Source: an uncultured Acidimicrobiia bacterium (GTDB lineage Bacteria > Acidobacteriota > Terriglobia > Versatilivoradales > Versatilivoraceae). Taken from it: DNA of 64,000 nucleotides. Both the position numbers and the translations under genes were made by a program. Positions 40,432 through 50,989 of the stretch are shown here, one piece after another; position 1 is the stretch's first letter, and each line of letters opens with the position of its first letter. Where the stretch lies: contig CAWBAT010000003.1 of the NCBI GenBank assembly GCA_963786955.1, positions 299,654 through 363,653 on the forward strand. The letters run 5' to 3'. The notes under the pieces were generated by a model, which worked only from the letters and a program-made list of their open reading frames with translations, ran no database searches and had not been told where the DNA came from.

Positions 40432-43400
40432 CTACTTGGTCGTTCCACTCAAGTCTACGGTTTGCGGGCTCCCGCCCCCGTCATCTTCAAATGCTAAGGT
40501 AGCGCTCTTGGCCCCAGTGGATGTGGGAAGAAGCGTCAAGGTCACGATACAACCTGATCCTGGAACCAGCGTTGCAGGGCAGTTGTTCGACTGCGAGAAC
40601 TCGGCCGCATTGATCCCAGTAATTGATATATTTGCCAGGTTAACCGGGACACTGCCGCTCACATTGGTGACGGTGAGGATTTTCTGTTTGCTATTGCCAA
40701 TTGAAACACTTCCGAAGTTGAGCTTGCTGTTGGACAGCTGGACAATCGTGCCGGTACCGGTCAATGAAACGGTCTGTGTTCCCACATTGTCGATGATAAC
40801 CAGTGAACCGGTTCGCGTGTTTGGTGCGGTCGGGCTGAAGACAACATTTGCCACACAACTGGCGCTTACGGCAAGGGTGGTGCCACAGTTATGACTCACG
40901 GCAAAGTCACCGGTCGTTGTGATGCTTAGGGTGTCTGGGATGCTTCCTTTGTTCTGGAGCGTGACTTTCTGGAGGGCACTGGTAGTTCCAACAACCTGCG
41001 CGGTAGTGAAGTCCAGACTCAGCGGAGAGACACTGAGTTGCTGGCCAACCCCGCTCAAGCCGATCGTGTGAGGACTACCAAACGCACTGTCCACAATGCT
41101 GATTACGGCCGTGCGGGGCCCGGTAGCTGCAGGACGGAAGGTGACCGTGAAGGTACAACTGGCGGTGGGTGATAATGATGCGCTACAAGTGGTGGATTGT
41201 GCAAAATCCGAGGCGTTGGTTCCCCCCAGCGTGATGCTGCTGAAGGTGAGCGTAGCCGTACCGGAGTTGGTCAGCGTCAAGGTCTGAGCGACGCTGGTCT
41301 TGGTCACGAGTTGATATCCAAAATCTAGGCTATTAGCGGAAAGGCTGACGAGGGGAGCAATGCCGTTCCCTGACAAAGAGACGTTGTGCGGGCTTCCGGC
41401 AGCGTTACTGATGATAGCTAGCGCCCCAGCCCGCGTCCCCATGGCTGTCGGAGTAAACGTGACATTGATGCTGCAATTGGCCCCCGCTGCCAGTGTGGCT
41501 GGACTTATTGGGCAATTGCTAGTACGGGCAAAGTCGCCGCTGGGGGTGATGCCCATAATGCTCAGTGGAGCGTTGCCTGTGTTGGATAATGTCACCACCT
41601 GAGCGCCACTCGAAATCCGACTAACTGATCTGCAAATGTGATCGCACCGGGTGAAAGGCCAACAACAGGAGCTGAAGCCGCTTGAGTCGTGGCGGAGATT
41701 TCAGCGGAATATTCGCTGATCACCGTGTTTTGGTTGTTGCTATTCGGATCGGTGATGGTTCGAACCAGAAAGTAATAGACGGTGCCATCGTTGAGCCCAT
41801 TGACGGTCAGTCCGCTGGCCGATTTGTTCGAGGTCGATCCCGCGGTGGTGTATGGCCCGCTGCTGGTGGTACTTTTTAGCACCTCATAACGACCGGCATC
41901 GCCGATGTAGATGATAGGGGTCCAGGATGAGCGACCAATGAGGTCGTGGGCGATCCGGCCGCAACTTCTGCCGGCGCGACGGTCTGGGTGCTCTGCCAGT
42001 CGCCACCGCTCTGCTTCGAGTCCAAAAATGCCGACAGCCCAGCGTCATTGCTGTACAGCGCGTTCCAACGAAACTCGAGACCGCTCAAAGCCGTTAGATT
42101 ACTGAGCGACGCCGGGATGTTACCGCTGAGTTGGTTGGAATTGAGGTAGAGGATCTCAAGGCTGGCCAGGTTGCCGATTTGGGATGGGATATTCCCTGTG
42201 AGTTGGTTATGGGTGAGTCCCAAATGTTTGAGATGCGACAGATTGCCCAAACTGGCCGGAATGGCGCCGCTCAGATGGTTGCCGCTGAGAAAGAGGCTCT
42301 GCAGCTGGGCCAAGCCGCCTAATTGCGAGGGAATTGTCCCGGTCAACTGGTTAGTCGACAGGTTTAAGAGCGTGAGGCTCGAAAGATTGCCCACGCTTGT
42401 AGGTATATTGCCGTTGAGCTGGTTTTGCCGGAGTTCAAGGATCTGCAAGCTGCCAAGGCTGCCGAGTTCAGAAGGAATCGTCCCTGTGAGCTGGTTGTTA
42501 GACAGATCCAACCTTGTAACATTCAACAGATTTCAATCCACAACAGGAACGGTGCCACTCAGCTGGTTGCTTTCGAGCCAGAGGATTCGCAGTTGTGCAA
42601 GATTGCTGAGTTGAGATGGAATTGTTCCGCCAAGTGGGTTGTTTAAGAGGAGAAGGCTCTGCAATTGGGCAAGATTCCCAAGTTCTCCGGGGATATTGCC
42701 GGTGAGTTGGTTAAGGGACAAATTCAGGCTTGTCAGATTCGACAGACTACCGAGGCTGGCTGGAATGCTTCCGCTCAACTGGTTCCCGTTTAAGGAAAGA
42801 GACTGCAGGCTGCCAAGAGTACCAACAGACGGAGGGATTGATCCGTTCAACCCAGGTTCCCCAAGCTCAGCCGAGTTACGGCTGTCTGACCGGCGTTGCA
42901 CACAACTCCAAACCACGTGCATTCGGTTCCTGGCACTCCCAGCCAGTTAGTCTTGTTAGTCCAGTTCGCTCCACTGGTGCTGTTGTAAAGGTCGATGAGG
43001 GCTTGGCGTTCCGGTGAAGAGATGACAATGATGCCATTGCCGCTTAAGCCAACCGTGTGCGGGCTGCCTGAGGCGTTACTGCTGATGGTTAGAGTTCCCG
43101 TGCGTGCGCCGATGACCGTGGGGCTGAACGTAACATCAATCGTGCAACTGGTCTCGGCAGCAAGAGTGGCCGGGCTGATCGGGCAGTTCGTCGTCCGGGC
43201 GAAATCTCCGCTGGTCGCTATGCTCGCAATAGGCAACGGCGCTGTGCTTGTGTTTGACAGCGTCACCGTTTGCCCAGGGCTGGCGAGCCAACCGGCAGGT
43301 CCAGAAATGTCAGGCTCGTGGGTGAAACACTCGCCGTGGGCAGAAGTCCTGTGCCTGTGAGGGGAATCGTGTGTGGACTGTCAAAGACGTTATTGTAGAG

Positions 43401-46400
43401 AATCAAGGTAGCCGTTCGGCCACCATCTGCGCTGGGCGTGAATGCCACACTCATCACACAACTGTCGCCTGGGAGCACCGCCGTGCCCCAGCAGGTGTTT
43501 GTTTCAATGGAAAAGTCATTCGAGTTTGAGCCACTCAGCAGCGTCGCGCCCATAACAAAAGGACCAGGCCCAGTGTTGATGATCGTGAAGGATTGGGCCG
43601 TACTCGTGGTCCCAACAAATTGGCTCCCAAAGGTTAAACTTTGGTTGCCGAGGCTTGGGCTCAAGATCGGAGAAATCGAGACGGCCAGACTGTAATCAAC
43701 TCCGGCTGCGATGATGGTTGCGCCGCTTAGGCCAGGGATCTCGAGTGGAATGGAACTGTTGGCATTGCCATTATTGCCCAACTGGCCAAACGTATTTCGA
43801 CCCCAGGCCCAGCCTGAACCATCTGCTTTCAGTGCCACACTGTGGCTCCCGCCTGCGGCGATGGCCACTGCACTGGTTAGGCCGCTCACTTGAACTGGTG
43901 TGGTGCGGTTTGTCAGCGTGCCGTCGCCCAACTTGCCGTTGCCATTGTTGCCCCAGGCCCATACCGTTCCATCGGACTTCAAGGCCATACTGTGGAATGA
44001 ACCTGCGGCAATGGTAAGCACGCCGGTCAAACCGCTCACCTGCACCGGCACGCTGCTGCTGGCAGTCGTTCCGTTGCCCAGCTGGCCCGAGTATAAAGCC
44101 CCCAGGCCCATACCGTACCGTCGGACATCAGAGCAAGGCTGTGAGAACTTCCACCGGCCACCTCCACCACGCCCGCTAAACTGGTGACTTGCACCGGCAC
44201 AGTGCTAAAGGTGGTTGTTCCGTTGCCCAACTGGCCGCTGCCGTTTTGTCCAAAAGACCACAGGGTCCCGTCCGCTTTCACCGCAAGGCTATGGAAGTCT
44301 CCCGCAGCCACGGCAATCACTTGGCTCAAACTGCTGACCTGGAGAGGAGTGGTGGTGTATTGCAGGTTTCCCAGGCCGAGCTGCCCAATGGCATTGCTGC
44401 CCCAAGCCCAGAGTGTGCCGTCGCTCCTGGCAGCCAAACTATGGTTGTGGCCCGCAGCGATTCGGCTCGCGTTCGTAAGCGTCGATACCTGGACAGGAAC
44501 CGTGCGAGTTGCGAGTGTGCCGTCCCCAACTCTCCATTTCCGCTTTTTCCCCAAGACCAGACCGTGCCATCAACCTTCAGTGCCAGGCTATGCGTGGTCT
44601 TGCCTGCAAGCGCCAGCACCTGATGCAGACCACTCACCTGCACCGGGGTGCGGCTTAGGGCCGTTGTGCCGTTGCCCAACTGGCCGTTGCCGTTCTCTCC
44701 CCAAGCCAGCAGCGAAGCAGTCGCGCCGATTCCGTTCAGGCTCACACTGTGCGGGCTGCCTGCTGCGTTATCGGTGATCGTCAAGCTCGCGCTCCGGCTA
44801 CCCGCATCCGGGGTGCAAACTGAACCACGATGGTGGTGTAGTTCCCCTGCGGCACGGTGATGGGCAGCGGCAGTGAGCCAAAGCGAAAGTCTGCCGGGTC
44901 GGCGCCCGCCAGCGCCAGGCTCGAAATTACCAGTGACCCGTTGCCGCTGTTAGCAATAGTGAGCGTTTGTGTAGCGCCTGCAGGACCCACCGGCTGCATG
45001 CCGAAGTCAAAGCCAGCCGCACTCAGGCTGGCCACTGGGAAAACAACCCCGTTGCCACTCAGGCTCACCGTGTGTGGGCTGCCCGGCGCATTGCTCGCAA
45101 TGCTGACCGTGCCGGAGCGGGAGCCTGACGCGACAGGATGAACGTGACATTGACGCTGCAACTGGCCGTGGCGGCCAGGCTCGCACCGCAGTTGTTGGTC
45201 TGGAAGTCCCCGCTTGCAGATATGCTTGTAATATTCAGGGCCACATTGCCCGTGTTGGTAAGCGTGAAGGTTCGGGCGGTGGAAGTCGACCCACAGGAGT
45301 GTCGGGAAAGATGAGCGCTGCCGGCGACAAACTCACGGCTGGAGCTGGCGCTACCTGCGTTGTGGCCGAGACTTCGGCGGAAGGTTCGCTGGTCACCATG
45401 TTCGGGTTGTTGCCGTGCGAATCGGTGACGGTCCGCACCACAAGATAGTAGGGCGTGGAGGGATTCAGGCCATTCAGAAGGAGACTGGAAGCGAACTTGT
45501 CCGTGGTGAAACCTGCCAGCGTATAGGGCCCACCGCTTGTCAGGCTAGTCCACACTTGATACCGGCCGGTATTCTGAGTATAGGCAATGCGAGCCCAGGA
45601 AACCAGAATTGAAGTGCTGGATTGTGCCGCCGCCTGAATGCTTGTAGGCGCAACGGTCTGGTAGCTTTGCCAGTTTCCGCCACTCTGCTTTGAGTTGAGA
45701 AAGGAAATCAGCGAGCCGTCAGTGGAATAGAGGGCGTTCCAGCGGAAGTCTGCTCCGTTCAGCGAAACCAGACCGGCCAAGCTGCTGGGGATGGGGCCAC
45801 CAAGTTGATTACCACTCAAGCTAAGGTATTGCAGGCTCGTTAAGCTAGCGAGTTCGGCCGGAATCGCGCCGGTGAGCCGGTTGCTCCCGAGATACAGAGA
45901 CCTTAAGTTCGCCAAATTGCCCAGGCCGGCGGAATGCTCCCGCTTAGGGGATTGTTCACCAAGTAAAGAGTTTGCAGGTTTGTTAAATTACCCAATTCAC
46001 CCGGAATGGCGCCGGTAATCTGGCTGTTGTAGAGGTACAGATACCTTAGGTTCGCCAAACTGCCCAGGGTGGTGGGAATGCTCCCGCTGAGTGGATTGCT
46101 CCCTAACTCAAGGTACTGCAGGTTTGCTAAATTACCCAGTTCGGCTGGTATAGGGCCTGTGAGCTGGTTGCTATTGAGAACCAGATTGACCAACTTCGAT
46201 AAACCGCCCAGGCTGGTGGGAATATTCCCACTGAGTTGATTGTTCGGTAAGTAAAGGGTTTGCAGGTTCGTCAAATTGGCCAGTTCAGGCGGAAGCGTGC
46301 CCGTGAGCTGGTTGTTGTAGAGGTTGAGTTGCCTCAGTTCGTCATGCTGCCCAAGCTGCTGGGAATGGCTCCGCCCAGCGGATTATTTCCCAAGTCAACG

Positions 46401-47638
46401 TATTGCAGGTTCGTCAGACTACTCAGTACGGCCGGAATTCCGCCGCTGAGTTGATTGCCCGATAAGTAAAGGGTTTGCAGGTTCGTCAGACTACTCAGTA
46501 CGGCGGGAATGCCGCCGCTGAGTTGATTGCCCGATAAGTAAAGGTATTGCAGGTTCGTCAAATTAGCCAGTTCGGGCGGAAGGGTGCCCGTGAGCTGATT
46601 ATTGTAGAGGTAGAGATACCTCAAGTTCGCCATGCTGCCCAGGCTGCTGGGAATGGTTCCCCCCAGTGGATTACTACCCAAGTCAAGGTATTGCAGGTTC
46701 GTCAGACTACTCAGTACGGCCGGAATGCCGCCGCTGAGTTGATTGCCCGATAAGTGAAGGGTTTGCAGGTTGGTCAAATTAGCCAGTTCGGGCGGAAGGG
46801 TGCCCGTGAGCTGGTTATTGTAGAGGTAGAGATACCTCAAGTTCGTCATGCTGCCCAAGCTGCTGGGAATGGCTCCGCCCAGCGGATTACTACCCAAGTC
46901 AAGGGTTTGCAGGTTCGTCAGACTACTCAGTACGGCCGGAATGCCGCCGCTGAGTTGATTGCCCGATAAGTAAAGGTATTGCAGGTTCGTCAAATTAGCC
47001 AGTTCGGGCGGAAGGGTGCCCGTGAGCTGGTTATTGTAGAGGTAGAGATACCTCAAGTTCGTCATGCTGCCCAGGCTGCTGGGAATGGTTCCCCCCAGCC
47101 GATTACTACCCAAGTCAAGGTATTGCAGGTTCGTCAGACTACTCAGTACGGCCGGAATGCCGCCGCTGAGTTGATTGCCCCATAAGTGAAGGGTTTGCAG
47201 GTTGGTCAAACTAGTCAGCACGGCCGCCGGAATGCCGCCAGTGAGTTGATTGCTCCTTAAGTAAAGGTATTGCAGATTCGTTAAATTACCCAGGCTAGTG
47301 GGAATTGAACCTGCAAGACGGTTCCCTGACAGGTTCAACTGCACGACAGCAGTCTGGGTTCCGTTGCACGATACACCATACCAGGTGCACTCCGTTCCGG
47401 CCGCGCCGAGCCAATTGGTCTTGTAGTTCCAATTGGCGCCGCTCGTTCCGTTGTAAATGTCGATCAAGGCTTGCCGCTCGAGCGCTGAGACTGCACCCCG
47501 CAGAGCCGGTGGAGAAGCCAGACTGATCAACAGAGGGAGCAGTAGAAATAGAAAACGAGAACCCATTTTAAATTGGCTGGTGAGTCTTCGTTGGTTTACA
47601 AGAGAGCTCTCTTGGTAAATACTCGGATGTCTTTTCAT
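40432..47638 (-). CDS. Giant surface protein with two LRR-FN3 modules, RCC1 repeats and multiple ASH/choice-of-anchor-D Ig-like domains (~2,400 aa), split by frameshifts
   Basis: About ten abutting minus-strand ORFs. 24-aa LRRs (LxxLxLxxNQLSGxIP), RCC1 repeats (AAGxxHSLAxxxDGTxWAWGxNxxGQLG) and Ig-like units (L.N.G...L...I...CTxxVTFxP...RTGTL...GSPHTVxLSG). AGGAG RBS before the ATG at 47638. Confidence 0.85.
46260..47280 (-). repeat. Intragenic tandem repeat of 72-bp LRR units arranged in 216-bp triplets
   Basis: Near-identical blocks begin at 46547, 46763 and 46979. Confidence 0.9.
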
Positions 47639-48574
47639 CTCACTGTTCTCCTGGTGATCTCTCCAAATGGCTTCCCAATATTTGAAACTTGCTTGATAAC
47701 GACCCGCTCGGCTGATGAATTCCTTATGGAGTCTGGGATTCAAGGGTCTGGTCGTGGCTCCCCTTCAAACCATCGTCATCCTCATATGGGGGTGTCTCCC
47801 ACTCTTTCTCAGAAATACTTCATTTTTCTTCTTCTACTCACTAATGCGAGAAAAGCGAAGTCAGGGGGCCCAAAGAAAACAATTTTTTTTGCTTGATACA
47901 TCCATTAAAATTCTTGATTCGCGCAACGTCGTATACAGATAAAGAGTCGAATCCGAGGTTTTTGTGACATCGTTCCGTCGTTTTTCTTTTAGGGCCTCTA
48001 GATTTCGCATCGTCGAGCTCGAATACTCAGTGCTCAGTTTCACGGATACCGTCACATATGTTCGCCAGTGAGCGCGCGCTCCCGCCTGCGTTTAAGCGTG
48101 CTTCGGAGCGCCCGCTCCACCCCACTCCGTTGGCAGCTCGAAGCTGTGTTACCTTATTTCTGAAATGGAGAACCATGTTGCAGAAGTTCGTCCTGTAGCC
48201 GGACACGCGTCAGTTGGCGGAAGACTGGCCGGGGGTCAGCGATCCCGGGTAAGACATTTGGGCATAATTTGGGAGTCGGCCCTTGGCTACTTAGATCAAG
48301 CTTGTTCATGGTTTATCCCTCCATGCGATCAGAGTGGGCAACCTATGTCTGCAGCGAATCACGGAATTGTCATGATTCTGTGATATTGTCTGAAGGCTGC
48401 GTGGTCATATCTCATCCATCGAATCCGAGATCAGCGATTCTCGGCCACAACTAGCTTCTCCTTCGCGGTTAGTGTTATTACACGGACATCTTGTTCACTT
48501 TTCCTAAATGGACTTTGGTAGCGCAGACCTGATTTCTAGGTCTGCGGTATCTAATCTTAATGACTCCTAATGTG

Positions 48575-48850
48575 ATTTTCCTTTTCGATCCCACTGTAAT
48601 TGGAATGGTTGTGAAGTGCTTGAAGGAGAGGTCAAGAATGTGTGGGGTTCTCGTGGAGTTTGTATCCTACGCTGCGAAAGGTGAGGATTCATTGGGGGTG
48701 ATCCGGTACCGTCTCGATTTACTTGCGTGACGTGGTCACGTGCGAATTGACGATGGAAGCGCTTTTCTGGGCGATTGCTGTCCCCCGATGTGGCTACATG
48801 CTTGCTGAGTGTGGAAAGGCAGCTAACCGTTGGGAGCGTGGAGGTTCCCC
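48575..48850 (-). repeat. Degenerate copy of the response-regulator 3' end plus promoter, copy 3
   Basis: Homologous to 55845-56118 and 58800-58985. Confidence 0.85.
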
Positions 48851-49034
48851 TCACCTGGTCCTGACGGATCACCCTTATAGTCGGTACAACAGGGTTGCCC
48901 GAGGATGAGTATATGAATAGCCGTCGTAGCGTTTCTTCTTTTTTGCCTCTTTTTTCTTTCTTTGTGGAAGCTGTGGATTTTGTGCAAAAGCCATGAAGGC
49001 CAACAGAACCATACCCCTCGTTGAGGGAATTGGG

Positions 49035-49200
49035 ATTAAATGGAGGGGTTGTCACCCGCCATCCTCCCGTTACGAACAAACCACCCGATCGTGCGACGAT
49101 CAGGGAGAGACTTTCGAACGGGAGGGGGCTGGAGCTGAAACGCATTCTCAGAGGCTGCCCCGAGAGGACTCCCCTATAAGGGTTGCGCGGGCCCCAGCTG
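49035..49200 (+). ncRNA. Predicted bridge RNA
   Basis: Target loop CCACCC (49081-49086) / GGGAGAG (49103-49109). Donor loop CTCAGAGG (49147-49154) / CTATAAG (49174-49180). Each pair lies within stems. Confidence 0.85.
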
Positions 49201-49239
49201 GCGAGGTTCCTTCTCTTTATCCTAGAACGGGAGGAGATC

Positions 49240-50516
49240 ATGAGTTCTGATTCTGAAATTGCTGCCTTCATTGGTTTAGATTGGGCCGACCAACAACATG
49301 TCATTTGTCTGCGGGCGGCCGGCTCTGGTCAGGTCGAATCTCTAGTGGTGGACCAAAAACCGGAAAGCCTGCAAGCTTGGATCCAGCAATTGCGACTGCG
49401 ATTTGGGGGCCGCCCGGTAGCCATCATCCTGGAGCAATCGCGGGGCGCCTTGTTGTATGCCTTGATGGACGTGGACTTCTTGCGGCTCTATCCAGTCAAC
49501 CCTCTAACCTTGGCCAAGTTTCGCAAAGCCCTCTATCCCAGTGGCGCCAAGGATGATCCCACCGATGCCGCGCTCTTGCTGGAACTGCTGGAGAAGCATC
49601 GGGAGCGCCTCCGCGTTTGGGTTCCCGACGACCCCGACACCCGCTGCCTGCGCCTGCTCAGCGAAGCGCGACGCAAGCTGGTCAACCAGAAGACCGCTCT
49701 GACCAACGAGGTCACCAGCCTGTTGAAAGGCTATTTCCCTCAAGCCTTGTCCTGGGCGGGAGATCCCGACACCTTGCGGGCTTGTGATTTTCTGCAAAAG
49801 TGGTCCAGTCTGGATCAGCTGCGCCGGAGTTCCAGGACCACTCTGGAGAAATTTTACCGCCATCACGGTTGCCCCTCGGGCCGGTCGATCGACTCACTGC
49901 TGGAAGAAATTCGCCAGGCTCAACCCCTGACGCGAGACCCCGCCGTCACCCGGGCCTCAGCCCTGATGGTGCAGGCCTTGATGCGCCAGGTTCGGGACCT
50001 GATCGAATCGATCTCCCAATTTAACCAACAAATCAAAGAGCTGTTTGAAAAGCATCCCGACTACGATGTGTTCCACAGTTTCCCCGGGGCCGGGCCGGCT
50101 TTGGGCCCCCGCCTCCTGACTTTGTTCGGATCGGATCGGAACCGTTTTCACTTGGCCTGCGAAGTACAGCTCTTGTGGGCATCGCCCCAGTCACCGAAAA
50201 AAGCGGCAAGTCCCATCGGGTCCATTGGCGGTGGGCTTGTCCGAAATTCTTGCGCCAAAGCGTCCAGGAATTCTCGGAACAGTCGATTCGCCGTTCCCTG
50301 TGGGCGCGGACCTGCTATGACCGCCTCCGCGCGGCCGGCAAGTCTCATCACGCGGCCCTGCGCGCCCTGGGCTACAAATGGCTTCGGATCATGTTCCGCT
50401 GTTGGAAGGAGCATACACCATACGACGAACAATATTACCTGGCTACCTTGCGGCATCGTGGGTCTCCCCTGGGAGAAGCATTGTCCCTCACAACCACGGA
50501 GACCATTTGTGAATAA
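49240..50516 (+). CDS. IS110-family recombinase/transposase, one frameshift near 50170
   Basis: FIGLDWA, AKDDPTDA, SFPGAG, GIAPVTEKSGK and ALRALGYKW motifs; RBS GGAGGAG. Confidence 0.92.
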
Positions 50517-50619
50517 ATTGTCATTTTCCTGTGCAAATAATAGTTGACTTATCACCTCAGAGGTCTCTCCCGCGTTTGGGAGAGGGAAGCCGAAAAGTTG
50601 AAAAAGTGTGGTTTAGGTC

Positions 50620-50920
50620 GCTGGGAAATCAGCGAGCGGTGAGATCGGTTTTGATCTTGGGCAGAAAGTGTTCCACCACCCAGATGCATGCGGCATCGAA
50701 CCCCCTGTTTGGAAGGCGATGTGTTGAGCGTCGAAACTGGCATATTGGACACGAAAATCTTTGGCATCCTCCAAGAAGACCTCTTCCTCCGCGGTCTCGA
50801 TGGAACACCGGTAAACCCATTGCTCGTGTCTTCCTTTCTTGTAGAAGAAGTGCCGGGAATCATTGTCCAGGGCCAAACTTGGTGTTATTTCCTTCCTAAT
50901 CACTCTTTCGTTTCCTTTTT
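50620..50920 (-). pseudogene. C-terminal remnant of a paralogue of the TPR/PD40 protein
   Basis: DSRHFFYKK...YRCSIET.EEEVFLEDAK...ASFDAQHIAFQT matches the C-terminus of 56689-58794. Confidence 0.85.
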
Positions 50921-50989
50921 TCACACCTTTGCTAAAGAAGTGGGGGAGATTAGCTTTCACCAAAACTACTGGAGGATGACAATTCTACT

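Larger units (their letters stand above)
48874..50566 (+). mobile_element. IS110-family insertion sequence with upstream non-coding region and CT core, inserted in a REP
   Basis: CT at 48874-48875 and 50565-50566. Rejoined flanks give the hairpin CCCTCTCCC-gcgttt-GGGAGAGGG. Rejoined ends give TTGACT-17 bp-TATAGT. Confidence 0.9.

Noticed and set aside
46260-47280. Diversity-generating retroelement template/variable repeats
   Set aside because: No reverse transcriptase is present, the repeats are tandem in-frame LRR units, and I saw no adenine-specific pattern.
48567-49304. 245-aa minus-strand ORF
   Set aside because: It is a chance read-through across the bridge RNA region, the IS end and the decayed regulator remnant.
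50150-50190. Programmed frameshift in the IS110 transposase
   Set aside because: Programmed frameshifting is not a known feature of IS110 recombinases, and unexplained indels are common in this window.
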